The notes: generated by a model not told the origin, from the sequence alone. Counted from the first letter of the stretch, positions 49,501-61,507 are shown. The stretch is 64,000 bases of DNA from Marsupella aquatica (GCA_973895155.1 OZ316899.1:4281241-4345240), one strand, 5' to 3'. Numbers and translations: made by a program.

Positions 49501-49949
49501 AGGAACGGGATTGGGTTCTGGTTTACGAAAATAAGTTGGACAAGCAACACTTGAGCCGAAACAAGTTTGCTCGGAGGTGGCAAGGTCCGTATGTGGTGGT
49601 TGCTATTCATGCAAATGCAACCTACACTATTCGGGAGTTGGATGGAACAGTTCACCAAGTACCTTACGCAGGGAAAAGGGTGAAGATCTTCAAGAGGAGG
49701 ACCGAGAAGGGAATGGACTCAAGTTCCGACTTGAGTGAATTTGAAGACGAGGCACTGGTCAAGGCGCATCCGTTGGGCTTGAGTTTCAAAAGTGGCTTGA
49801 CTGGTTCTGATTCGGATGAGTTGGACTTTGAGTTTCTGGAAAGTGGAGTACTTAAGGCCGAGTCTGAAGGCTTTGGGTTTGAGTTTCTTGAGGAGGAAGT
49901 GGTCCAAGCGCATGGCTCGAGTTTGGACTCAGACTTAGAGGAAATCTGA
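46548..49949 (+). CDS. pol: Uninterrupted pol ORF (1133 aa): RT, RNase H, integrase, acidic tail
   Basis: FIDD (RT), TVDASSFAAGW (RH), H..H..C..C zinc finger, WAVDVV...DRGE...NPEGNGKSE (INT), WQGPY; no start of its own (frameshift from the protease frame). Confidence 0.9.
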   Translation: MLKRVDRRSARSLPPCEGENTMDNGEEEPLECAESNLGRDKLEKELERQYSSMAVLVYLSTKYKTVDKKVRPAAIPFPDDAMEVMDRARLEPRLRPTDRIGHKFTQESLAKMKIGLDGLLTEVEQVAFQKLIMEHGKAFLFSIEEIGCANPSKVTPMVIFTVPHVPWDLKPILVPRALAPKLAELLKEKLSARILERSDAPYSNRWFTMRKKNGSLRFIQDMQPPNKVTIRNVGVGPLVDEFAEEFAGRAIYSMGDLFLGYDQFQLAQESRDITTMRTPLGLLRMCTLPQGTTNSVAHMQNAMSKILEPFIPEKARPFIDDVPIKGCLAKGKDETLRSDGIWQFVWDHIADVKAVLEKLIGVGVTLSGEKSEFGMKEVKVVGQMCGSYGRKLDMDKVRAISKMKDCESVPEVWRFLGACVFYKIWIPHFSHLADPLYELLRKKVKWRWLPKHSEAMAKLKSALMSLPVLRAADYESGQPLIMTVDASSFAAGWAIGQDDENGERYAIRFGEKKFMERQRRYAQVKRELWGAKVALHQERNYLIGAPVVVETDCQSLLGMITNCDTYNIAILRCIAFIRMFNPELSHIAGKDNPVADMLSRARFRNEVATRVGEVTGTKSVGSLEFKEELYSGELLDIGRYISTLEKQPEWSYQEFVKIRKRSYKFLLREGYLWRRHKDPSQLLQRVVDTKDEKDQILKESHDADMAGQNRVHSTYERVQKLYWWPGLYLAVRDYVETCEIFQFYSRIRHRDGLVPTYPVPLHFQWAVDVVYMPRERNGARYLVLAREDLSSYVEGRALVSNTTAAICQFILEDIIARHGCFTRIRADRGELSSKEVQEFFDQYCIKLKLTSSYNPEGNGKSERGHIQIVGALAKACDGDLCRWLSLFPLALLADQMTCSSVTGYVPAELLTRHLPMMPLEEDVCSWRLIGWKDEVLREELLARRIKHFNLLPAKIEVARKQLKMARLRNKGKFDRTHRLRPILVKERDWVLVYENKLDKQHLSRNKFARRWQGPYVVVAIHANATYTIRELDGTVHQVPYAGKRVKIFKRRTEKGMDSSSDLSEFEDEALVKAHPLGLSFKSGLTGSDSDELDFEFLESGVLKAESEGFGFEFLEEEVVQAHGSSLDSDLEEI

Positions 49950-52486
49950 TCCATTGGAGCAGACCGGAGGCTGCTCAGGTTTACTGGGGGAGGATGTTTT
50001 GCCGAAAGATTTCGGCTCAAGAATGGCTTTTATAGGGGATGATGGGCAAGGCCTCCCGGTTGGGTTGCGTGCATGCTAACTTGGAGGGGCTGCTTGGTTG
50101 GATGGATTGAGGTTTGGTGATTGGGTGACTCGTCGTCACCAGGTTTGGTGTTTGGGTGAGTCACCAGGCTTGGAGTTTGGATGAGCCTCGCTGCTGGCAG
50201 TTGGCTCAGGCTGGATGGTTGGGTTTCCGATGCTACTTAAGACTTGAGCCTCGGCTCATTGAGGTTGGCGGTTATCTATTGAGATCTGTTGAGTTGCGCT
50301 CTGTGAGTTCCGCTCCATTCTGCGGAACTCAACTGTTGTGCGACGGTTTTGGAGTTTTGAGTGAGTTTTCGATCCAGGTGGGGAGTTTTTGATCCAGGCG
50401 GGGAACTTCTCGAGTCTGGAGTCTCGTTGATCCAGGCGGGGATTTCTCAACTTTGGAGTCTTGTCAATCCAGGCGAGGATTTCTTGAGTTTGGAGCCTTG
50501 TTGGTCCAGGCCCGAGTTCCGTGCAAGCTGTTCTAGACTAGTAGAGTAGCTAGTCGAGTTTTTGGTTTTGTGAGCTAAGGAGGATAGTTTTTCCGTCAGA
50601 TTTTGAGTAGTTAGTCACTCGAGGAGTTCTACTTGACAAGTTAGAGGTAGCGGCCCGCCGTAGGGCTAGCTACCAGACTCTTGCGGGCAAGCTTACTCGA
50701 GGGCATCTATTGTAACCTTTGTGAGAAAAGTAAAAAATATAAAGGAGTGAGAGTTCGCTCTGAAAAGTGCTTGTCACCTGTCTCAATCGTAGCCAGAAAT
50801 GCGTAGTTTTCCCGAGGAGCCCCTAACTTCAAGTCCTTGCGACACCGGCCTAGGAAGTGGGCGTCCTTCTTTGCCAAGAAGTTTTACGAGGAGATGGAGC
50901 GGAGAAGGAAGACTTTGTACCTCAGCGGGAAGGCGTACTTTGCTAGCCACATCAAAATAATCATCGAGTGGTATGCCCGTTTTGACCGCCAAAGCCTCCC
51001 TTGTATCAAGGAGCCTGAGCTGACCCCATTGCAATGGGTATTCTTGGCCCAGGAGAGGCGACCTCAGCCTGAGGCCCAAAGTCTGGCGGCCGTGAGACCT
51101 ACTACCCCGGCCCCGCAATCAGCCCGGGAGACCAAACTCCAACTGCTGTGGCCTCAGGTAGCGGCCACTGAAGATCAGGTGGCCAAAGCTAGGATCCGAG
51201 CAGCCTTGGCAAAGCAAGCCGGAGCCAGGAAGGACGCCGAGATCGCACGGCTCCGAACCCAGATTGAAGGTTTGAAGGGACAAGCCGTCATCTGGCAAAA
51301 GGACGTGGAGGAGGCCGACGCTCAGGCCCAGTGGGACACAGCCAAGATAGACTTCCTAAAGGCAGAAGTGGCACGGCTTCAAGGAGAAGCCACAAAGTAG
51401 GCCCAATTGGTGGACAAGCTGACAAGCGACGTCTAGCAACTGAAAGAGGCATGCCAGGAAGCCGCGGAGGAGACAGACTCGACAAAGCGAGAGAACAAAT
51501 CTCTGCTGGACCAGGTCTAGCTCCTCAAGTAGGATGCCGACCGGCTCAAAAGGCAGCGGGATGGCCGCTCCAAGCCCAACTCTGGCGGATCTAGTAAGCG
51601 TGCCAGACATTAGCAACGGGATAGGTTTAGGATAGAGTTAGGAATAGGATAGTCAGACGATAAGGACAAGCGCCGAAACTAGTTAGCGACACTGTCCTAT
51701 CCAACCAACCTTTGTAGTTAGAATCTTAGAATAAGACACGCCATTTTACAGCTTGACAGTTAGAAGAGTTTAGAATCTGGGATAGCTTAGATTTGAGCAC
51801 GTGGTCGGTCCGGACCCTGGCTCTTAGTATTTAGTGCACCCCCGGTAGAGGCGGGGGGGATTTTAGTTTTAGAACCGGGTATCCGCAGGATGTGCGGGGA
51901 GTCCCGACCTTTGTGAGTAAAAGATACCAAGGAGGGAGGGTACAACTAAGCTCGTTGGGTGAATGCGGAGCCGGGCTCCATTGTAGTGTACGTCGCTCTG
52001 CCATTGGGCCTGTTTACTCAAGAGATGTCGGGTCAACCGTGTACATGTGTACGACGGATTCTGAAGTAAAGTCTGTTCCCACCATTTTCTTTGTGTAAAC
52101 CGAGGTTGTATGTGTGTGAGTTCCGTTGCATGTATGAATCTTGTATATGGGTCGAGAATGCTTGGCCAAACGCATTATCCGAGCCGTGCAAGGGGTGTAG
52201 GCTATGGATAGTGGTTGCAAGTCCGAGTTGGATACCCGTATTATCGGATCCGGATCGGAGGCGGACAGTACAAAGGCTTAGAAGCCCTTAAGCCGGGGTC
52301 GATCCAACTATCGACTTAAGGTACATTCCGGCGGCATTTCTATACGAAGGAATAGGCGCACTTAGCGCTAGATTACGGGAATAAGGTTCAGTTTGCACAT
52401 CCCTCCTTGCCCGAACCCTCAAAACTAAGGAAGATTATGCCCGTCTAAGCCAAAATCCGCACAAGGACAAAGCTTATGGCATGACA

Positions 52487-53330
52487 ACCAGCTGATGGGA
52501 GTTCAAGTTTGGGAAGAAGGGCTCACCCCAACAAAAGATCACAATTGTAATATAAAGCAACAAGGGAGGCTTCACTTCCACGTGGAGACAAGTAGCTTGG
52601 ATGGGCTAATTATGATTAAAGATGCACCTTGCAACAACATAGGAATATGACATCCAACAAAATGAACAAGTAGTCAACAAACCAAGATATGTGGTTCATC
52701 TTTTATGAGGCAACGTTCATGGGAACACACAAGAGTGCACTAAAGTTCTTGTCTCCACAACACAAGCTCTCCCTATCTCTCAAGTGGGTCCGTAACAATG
52801 AGCCTGAGTTTCTCCTCCACAAGCAAATATTGATTGTGTATATAGCTAGGATGCAACATGGCCTTACCAAATTTGTGACTATTGATAGCCTAATTGAGGC
52901 TACAATTGTAACTCTAGACCTTAGAGTAAATGCCTCACAATCTCCCCCTTGGCTCTGCTTTAGGGGACACTAATGACTACCACCCATATGATTACTCAAC
53001 AAAAATATCTAGACAAAAACCAAGCACAATCTTGTTTCTCAATAGAGCAAATTAGAACTAAACAATAGAGTAGACATAGGAATGAGTAAGAGCATATATT
53101 GGTACTTATAATAAATATTAAGAAACCCTACTTATGGTGCAATTGCAAAAATTGCAATATGTCACCAACGGTGTCTACAAAACTCTCCAAATCAATCACT
53201 TTGGTAGAAATGTCAATTGGAATGAGTTTATCATCAATGTTGACTATCAAGTTTAAAAAACATTGACCCTAAACACAACATGCCTAATAAAATGGTATAT
53301 AGCTTCAATGTGTTTCACTCTGTCGTTGGG
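52487..53330 (-). mobile_element. Degenerate Ty1/copia 3' end: RNase H tail, PPT and start of 3' LTR
   Basis: Minus strand RVKHIEAIYHFIRHVV (copia RH end), PPT AAGGGGGAGA at 52941-52950, then TGTGAGG at 52939. Confidence 0.6.
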
Positions 53331-55803
53331 ATGGAGCACAAGAAGCAACAAACCCAAGCCAAGATTATGTATCCGGACCAGTCTTCTCCCTTGATGATGT
53401 CGTGCTTGACTTAAGATGAGCAAACTAACTTGGAACACTAGCTAACAATCTTCTTTCGAGTGAACCCCTCTATAGCCCTGGGTTACTAGGCTTTACACCA
53501 ACATAGACTGATTACCAATAATATTTCCTACGACCCTTGCACTACTACTGCATGGAAAGCCCCTTGGAGATTCAAAGGACTTACCCACCATTGATCAAAA
53601 AGTGGTACCAAGGCACAGATTAATTTGCGGAAGGCATGGCTATACATAGTTCTTGTGGTCCTAACCTTTGGTTTTGGAATCCTTTTTATAGGCTTTCGCA
53701 CTCAACGTCCTATCATGATGGTATCAGGACCAGGTGTAGGGCGGTGAGTTTGGTCTGGGTTTATCCTGGACGTCCACTCAAAGCTCTCTACCTCGTCCGA
53801 ACCTCCACCGGGCACCTCTCTGTTCTGACCATGGGGTCACGTGACGACACTCAATAGCAGAGGTGAGCTTTCCGGCAATATCCAAACCACTCGGGGGATA
53901 GGGAAAAAGAGGAGACTACCTCTTTTCCCCTCAGCCATCCCCAGACAACGCGTACTCTACCCGGTGCAATGTATGAAAGGCCTTCATCTGATGGGTAAAA
54001 TGGAGACAAGAGACGAAGCGTGGGGGTTAATTTCCAGCTAGACCCCTAAGCTATCTCAACACTACAACTCTTCATCCTTACTCCTGTCGTAGGCAAGACA
54101 CATAGTCATGAAACGGTCTAGCACATCCGACCTTGACACTAATTTGGACAGTCTGCAATATAGGGGGAAATGGCCCCCTGTTGTCACTATTGTTTAGTAT
54201 CCAAACCTCACTTCCTCAATGATAATCTCCACTGGGAAATCAACGAGGACTGACTTATCAGAATGGGAAAAGAACACTGCACATCAACGCGGTTCTACTT
54301 GCAAGAATGCTTGCCATGTAACTGAATAATATTCTCCCCCCTTTTCCACTTCAGTCCGGGGGTTTTAATACTTTACAATCGTCCTAAGAATGGGGCAATG
54401 GCCACCTTGATCCTAACGAGCTATTTCCTCTTCCTAACCTAGATCTATTCGCTGATCCTTCAATCTTCTTCTCAAATAGGTGGCCACCCTAATTCTCTTT
54501 CATGTGCAGCCTCCCACTTGGCTACCTTTGCATTCCTTGCCGCCACTGCATCAACTCAACCGCGAGCCCAGCGTTGGCAACACAACTCATTCCGCTGCCT
54601 TAGGCGTCGTTCTTCCCTTTCCCCCGACATCTTGTCCGCAATCACCCACCAATTGTGGCATTCTTCATAAACATTAGTCTCCCACTCCTCCTCCAGCTTG
54701 ATTTCTTCATCCATGGTGTCAGGGTTGGGTTGGTATACCATGATGTATGCCGAAGTGGCCGCTGGTGGTCCTCCGCATCTAATTATGGGGTCCTCCCCCT
54801 TCAAGAACTTGACGTCTATTAACAAATTGTACATCCGCCCGGCTAAACAGCTTCCACAAAATCATACCTTTATACTTCATCTCCCCATTAAGTCCCACAT
54901 CGACCTCGCTTGATTGCCCGGATCAATCCACTACCTCAATTGAGGAACGCGCAAAACAGTACCACCAGAAGTAGCGGGGATCCACAAGTGAATGCCCGAA
55001 AGGATATCAACGTGTAAGGGCATTTATCCATCGCCTGAGTTGAGCCAGAAGGCTCAATGGTGGGTCATCCTCATGCTAGGGAAGCTGCATCCGAACCCAG
55101 GGATCATGCTGCCATATTGAGTGATAGACAGCTATAGGGTTGGTCTCCAAGTATAGACCAAACCCGTCCTCATCCATAAGTTCCCGGAAGAACTGGTGTG
55201 GTGTCTAGAAGGCCGCCGGTCCAAAGTAATTTCCTAACCTATAATTATTTACACTTGCTTCTAACCATCTAATTACATTCTCCGTAGGGATTACCCTTTC
55301 CCAAAATGATGTCTTCTCCCAAATACCCACACATAAATCAGCTGGATTGAAGGGGAGCTTGTCAATTTGGAGAGTATCCCCTGCACAGGCCACTGCGGCT
55401 GGATCCCTACCTAGCGAATAAAAGTGGGTCATGGCAATGTGACTGAATTGAGGTAAGATGGGAAGATCTACAAAGCTCATCCACTCATTGGATACTATAA
55501 GGTGGGAGGTGAAGTAGGGATTGAAGATCACACACATCCCGTTCCTCTCCATATTGTGCCATCCTGCCATCTAGAGAAAGGTAACCAGACAAGGGAGTGT
55601 ATATTTTCCACAGTTAGTTTGGATCTCCCTTGCCGCCCAGGACTTCATAACTACTTCTACTAAATCAAAGACATTCCTATGTAATACTAAACTATAGAAC
55701 TAGTGAAGTTTCCGTGTTGGACAGTTGGGATGCATGGTGTTTGCATCTGCCATTAGTGCTATGTAATGAGGGTGGCCAGAGTGCTCTCTCTCTAGTTTGG
55801 ATA

Positions 55804-58331
55804 TGTGATGCCTAGCCAGGAATCACTAGACCATTTAAATGGTAAAACCAGGAGGGCCCTAAAAACACATTAGTATATATAGTAACAAAAACAAGGAAAA
55901 TATAAACAATTAAGGGTGACTATGGAACCCAAGCCGAGGCCGAAAGTAAGGACGCCACGGCAGGGAACATGATTAGGGTTAGGGCAAACTAAGTGTCGGC
56001 GGCTATGGGTAACCAACGGGCAGATTGACCAAGCAGGGGGGTAAGGCAAGCCAAACCAAGAAGGACGGCTCACATTCGCACCTCGAGCAAGCAAAGTGCA
56101 AGCAGAAGCCAACAACTGTCAGCTACGGAGGAGAACACGGGAGGGACATAAGCAGCTACCGAGCACCGCCAGAGAAGGGAATGAGAAACATCAATCAAGC
56201 AGCATATTTTTGGGGATGCCTGTTTGAACGGGCAAGTGAGTACGTCAAGACTTACAAAGAAGAAGAATCAGAAAGAGCAGCCCGCGAGCAACAAGAACTT
56301 GCTCGGCTGTGGGAACTGCAGAAGACGACCTTCTAAGGAGGAGAACTCATCAAGACTGAATTCTTGTGGACACCTACTGGCGACGAGCTTGACAACCTTC
56401 TAATTCAAGACAACCAAATTATCGGCATCCGGCAAGCCATCAACAACTGCAACGACGAACATTGGGACCTAAAGGGTTGCACAACGACGTGGACGAAAGC
56501 AACAGTATTGGGAGAATCTTCAGGTGCCGCTGAAATAAAGAGGAAAATGACCAACAATGAAGAAAACACATCGGCCAAGAGGACGAGGTTGGCAGTATCA
56601 AGGAAGCCAGCCAAACAGGGGAAGCAGAGGGAGGAGGAACCCAAGGAACAAGAAGTCGACCCAGTCAATGCTGTCCCTACCCAAGACGACACCTGGAAGG
56701 GATGGGCGGCAACGATACCACTGGCGGTACAACTACATTTTGCATGAGAGGAGGATGCATGCTTTACGACCATGCAGACCAAGAAGTACCAGGGCTTCAT
56801 GGCCGGATCAGGCTTGAAGAGCTTTGTAAGACTGTCGTGGCTAAAGAAGGAGGTGCCAGAATCGGACTTATTGGAATTCGTGGGATCATGGGACCACGAG
56901 ACCAGCTCCACAAAGATCTACGGGAGGGACTTCTATCTCATCTCCAACGTGATTGCCGAAGTGTTTGGCTTGCCCAAGGGCAACAAAGCTAAGGTAGAAA
57001 CCCGGAAGAACTTGCCGGACAAGGAGTTTAGATTGTTCCCTGGACCGTCAACAAAAAATGGCTTCCTCAGGAGCACCTGCACCAACCTGTATATAGGAGA
57101 AATGATTGATTTCTTCCGGGTAACAATGCATTGCAACTGGCCAAGGCCGGAGATCAGAAAATCACAGGTTTACCTGGCAAAGAGGCATGACCCAAGCCGT
57201 GATAACAATGGGTACCTCCTCAACCAACTCAGAAAGATATTAAAGGAGGAACAACTTGTGATTAGCCAAGGAAGCGTATCCCGACTTGGTTATCACATGC
57301 CGTTGTTATGCCGGTATGCCCAAAGTCAAATCTTTGCCCCGATTCTTCCCCTGCAGGCTAGAGCACCAGAAGAGGAATCAGACCCGAGAGCGGCAACAAA
57401 GCAGCCCGACCCGCCAGGCAGCCCCACGATAGCTCAAGTCTTCTGACAGGTGCCGAAGGCTAGGCCAATGCAACAACTAGCCATGTAGAGCCTCCTGCAT
57501 ATACTGACCAAGGAGAAGGCGGCTCTAGCACCCTCTGCAGCAACAATGGGCACCAAAAAATGACAAGGGAAAACCTCTTTACCAAAGCCAAAGAAAGAAG
57601 GAGGTCGGAACACGAGTCGGGGGTGCGGATGTATGTAGGAGACTCTAGTGACTCAGAGGAACTAGGACCCAGGGTTCCCAGTCCTGAAAAGGAGTGCGGA
57701 AGTCAGGTACGTAAGCCGGAAGAGCAAGCCGCACGCCTGTATAATCCCCGGCAAGAGGCCGGGTTTACGGCTAGTCCTAGAGAGGACTGATAGGCACCAG
57801 GACGCCCGAATGGGGAATACCACGAGGAATACCACAAGGACTTGGGTTACGAGTTGGATCGCTCGGTACCAGGAGTGCGGACTTGCGGCCATTTTATTCC
57901 CAGACTACCAAGGGTGGTGTGGGGGGATCCACAACAGCACGGAAGTCCGGAGTCTCCCCCACCGGACGTACCTCCACCAATGTTTGACGGAAGACAACAG
58001 GCTGATCATGAGTCACAGCAGTGATTCATGGACCTGGAGGAAGCAACCCTCGTCAAGGAGAAGGACTTGCCAGGTGGTGGATGGCCGGAGAACATTCAGC
58101 AACTGGCAAGGGTTCAAGCCTTGCCCTTGCCCACGGTTGAGGAGATAAGAAGGGCGGCTTGGACGGTAAGGCCACGTTGGGAAAGCCGACATCTCCTAAC
58201 CACTCCAACTATGCATGTTCCAGAGCCCTGGAGTATGGGAGGATGTGCGGGCTACTTGCCCTCGATATCTTTGGGGCAGAATTGGACATAGGGCCTTTTG
58301 TCCATAAGGAGATGTTGGAGAAAAGCCGGTT
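55804..58331 (+). mobile_element. Family B element, third and more diverged copy, 3' truncated
   Basis: Starts TGTGATGCCTAGCCAGGAATCAC; encodes NINQAAYFWGCLF, MQTKKYQGFMAGSG and GYHMPLLCRY; homology stops near 58331. Confidence 0.88.
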
Positions 58332-58421
58332 GGTATTCCGTGGAGGCGTTCGGGCACCAGGGGCACTTAGGCATGAGTACTGGGATTGGTGAGGGCGCTA
58401 GGTGGCACGGTCCACCACTTG

Positions 58422-58433
58422 TGGTATCAGAGC
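58422..58433 (+). promoter_or_regulatory. PBS, tRNA-iMet
   Basis: Canonical TGGTATCAGAGC. Confidence 0.9.
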
Positions 58434-58562
58434 GATTGTTGGCATAGACACCGGGCCGGGGTTGTGCTAAGTCGGAATCCAAAAATCTTAATGGATTTTT
58501 GTGGAGACTTAGTGCTTCAACGTGCCCGGTGGATCGACTGAGCAGATTGGGTCGTTGGGAAC

Positions 58563-61303
58563 ATGGCTAAAAACACTCGATCAAAGAGTGGCAAACAGGC
58601 TCCCCCCGCCAAGGGGAGAGCCCAAGTTCAAGATGAACAGAAGGAGGATGGGTCGTCTTCCCTGGACAAATGTTACAAGCAGGACAAAAAAGACGTGGCG
58701 GCCAAACCGTCGATCGCTGCGGCAAACACGTCAAGTGCAGAGCGCCGTCGACTTAAACGGAAGGAGGTGGCTGATCCTTCAGAGGATGGGTCGGATGATG
58801 ACAGCTACGACACGGATGGAAGCGACGGCGATGCTGAAGCTAAATTGGAGGAAGAGGGTCAAGACCCAGAGGAGGAACTGATCCCAGCCTTGAGAGGGTT
58901 GGATGCGGAACCAGAGGATGATGTCAAGCCGGACGTCATCGTGGATAATTTAACCAAGCAGAACCAGGGCGATGCGGGTGATGCCTTAGTCCCGGGAGGT
59001 CATGGTGCTTGCAAGATGCGGAGGTTGTCACCAAAATCCACAAGAGAACCTAAGGACAGGCAGCCCGCAAAAGAAAGATGGTTGGAGGACCGTCCTCATA
59101 CAACCCGCAAGGGCCCAGCCCCTGACGACGGTTTGGGTCCGTTGACTCAAGACCAAGAACTCATTTATGAGCAGTTGGAACACAACAAGGGGGCCCAAAT
59201 TAAATACTTACTTAGTCTGGGTAGTCAGAGTGCGACGCATCCCGAGGGGGGAATGGTAGTTGGACGGAGTATGTTCCAAGTGAACTAGCTACCAACTCCT
59301 CCAACTTACGATGGGGCCTACGAACAAAGTGGACAAAAGTTCCTGAGTTGGCTCTCCACAATGGAGATTCATCTCCAAGCGTGCGTTGAGCGTTCCACTT
59401 GGGCTACCGCAGTCGCTCCTTACCTGAAGGACTATGGCTTGACTTGGTACAAGTCATGGAAGAAGTCGCGAGAGGACTCCTCCTTGCCATTAACTTGGGA
59501 AAACCTGGTTGAGGGACTCCGTGCTCATGTCACCACTAAGTACCCGGAGCGGCACACTCAGAAATGTGTAACGGAGATGAGCTTCAGGGGTGATATCCAA
59601 AAGTTCATCACTTATTACCAGAGCCAGTTGGCGTGTATCCCGGCGGGGCAAGAGACCCTACATACACAGCTTCACAACTTTATAGTGAAGCTCCCGCCGT
59701 TGCTCAGGGAAAAGTTACAAGAAAAGCGTCACAAGTTCAAAACGCTTTCTGACACCTTTGACAAGGCCACTACGTTGGTGAATAACCGACCGGACTTGGC
59801 GAAGGTGGGTGGCAAGGGATCCGAGGGGCAAGCTGGGAAAGCAAAGGTCCCGGGAATAAGCGTAAGCAACCTGAGGGGGCAGGGGCCGGTGGTTCAGACC
59901 CCCAGCCCCATAATGGAAAAGCTAAGCAAAACCGGAAGGCCGACAACTTCAAGAAAGGAACCTCATCGGCGCAAAAAGCAAAGAAGTAGGCACTCATGGA
60001 GCAAAGGTGGGCGGAAGGTTCGTGCTTCATGTGCGGTGCCATGGGCCATCAAAGTAAGGATTTTTCCACAAAAGGTGGCAAGCCAAGCGGAGATGGAGGG
60101 CAAAAGAGCATTAAGGTAAGTATTGCTCTAACCGAACCCTTAGTAGTTGACAAGGTCCCTGTAGGGGATGTTCCTGCCAAAGAGAAGGTGTTGATGTGAG
60201 AGAAGATACCTAAAGTTAAGACAATGGATCCTGAAAAACTGATTTTTGTGAATGTCACTTCTAACGGTAATCTGGGTGTTGCTTTGGTGGATACAGGCGT
60301 GACCGCCTGCTTCATAAGTGGGCAGGCGGTGGCACGTCTTGGGGCGAAAGTGCAAGAGTTGCTACAACCGTTAGTGTGCAAGTTTGCCAACGACACGAAA
60401 GGGATAGTGTTGAGAGTGGTACATAGACTTTGAGTAGAGGTCATAGGCGAACAATAAAATTTTGTTAGTCAGGAGATGTTCTACGTTCTAGACGGTCTAG
60501 CCGTAGATTTCATTTTGTCGGTAGGTTATCTCAGAAAGCACAATGTTACCTTGAAACCGGGGGATGAGGTGATCCATTTTTCCGACAAGGGCAGTGAGCC
60601 CATTGTTGTACACGAGATTACCAAAAATAAAGAAAGATTTCTCAAAGTAAGTAAAGTGTCGTGGTTGTCTCCGTGTGTATCGGCAAAGCAATGGTGGAAA
60701 GACTTCAAGGGTGGACATGAATGTTTCTTCTTTCATCTCCACCCAATTAAGGAGGCTGCATCGCAGCCGAAGGTTAAATCAGCTAAGGTTGGGCCCGACT
60801 GCGGTCAAATTCCTAAAATTTTAGAGGAATTCAATGACGTGCTCTCGCAGAAGCTACCTAAAGGTTTACCCCTGTGGAGAGAAGTGGATCACCAAGTTGA
60901 GTTGGAGCCAGGTTTGACTCCTCAGGCTAAAGCCCCTTACCGTCTGAACCTGAACAAACGAATGATGTTGAAGAACGCCATGGAAGAGTTGATCGACCAA
61001 GGGTTCATTCGTCCTAGTAAGAGTCCTTATGGGGCACCTGCGCTATTTGTGTCCGAAAAGGATGGTACTTTGAGATTGTGCGCATATTATCGGGCCCTCA
61101 ATAAGCAAATGGTAAGGAACAAGTACCCTTACCTCATATGGATGACCTCTTTGATTGCCTCTCCGGGGCTAAAAAATTTTTCTAAGGTAGACTTGCGGTC
61201 TGGGTATTACCAGATTTGCATGGCTAAGGGAGACGAATATAAGACCGCAATGCGCACAAGGTTTGGATCCTACAAATTTTTGGTCCGACAAGTTTGGAGT
61301 TAA
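58563..61303 (+). pseudogene. gag-PR-RT (truncated) of the chromovirus-type element
   Basis: Acidic N-terminal extension, PPTYDG gag motif, CFMCGAMGH knuckle, ALVDTG, RT ending after GSYKFLV. Confidence 0.85.
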
Positions 61304-61507
61304 CTTACCCGCTTGGACTGGCATCCTAATTGGATAAGTGGGATAGGTTGGAATTTCCTAAGTTTGGAATGCACACACCAACCTGGTTTGCATCAGCCTT
61401 ATGGGCAAACCATTTGTTACCTCATAAAAAGTTTGAGACCTAAACTGGTCTAGGCGTGCTGGAACGTTTACTGAGGTCACGCGGACGTGACCATTTTTAA
61501 GGGGGGA

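Larger units (their letters stand above)
43236..50844 (+). mobile_element. Full-length Ty3/gypsy with fungal-type pol (Ylt1-like; probably plant Selgy/Phygy group), 4-bp TSD
   Basis: Two 850-bp LTRs (43236-44085, 49995-50844); TSD CCGG; PBS at 44087; PPT GGGGGAGGA before 49995; pol motifs KYKTVDKKVRP, RFIQDMQPPNKVT, LPQGTTNS. Lineage naming is from memory. Confidence 0.88.
20153..52486 (+). mobile_element. Athila-like (non-chromovirus) Ty3/gypsy element with family A LTRs and four nested insertions
   Basis: TSD ACCAG on both sides; 5' LTR 20153-22030; PBS 22044; gag-PR-RT-RH-INT with KDHYPLPF, WVSPIIIVPKKGG and YYRRFIKDFAKIA; no archaeal-type RNase H seen; PPT-like AGTAGGGAG at 41422; 3' LTR 41434-52486. 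Confidence 0.9.
41434..52486 (+). repeat. 3' LTR (family A): 41434-43235 plus 50845-52486, interrupted by a gypsy and missing ~0.5 kb
   Basis: Starts TGTGACG after the PPT; ends ATGACA before TSD ACCAG; the ORF resumes across the CCGG duplication. Confidence 0.88.
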
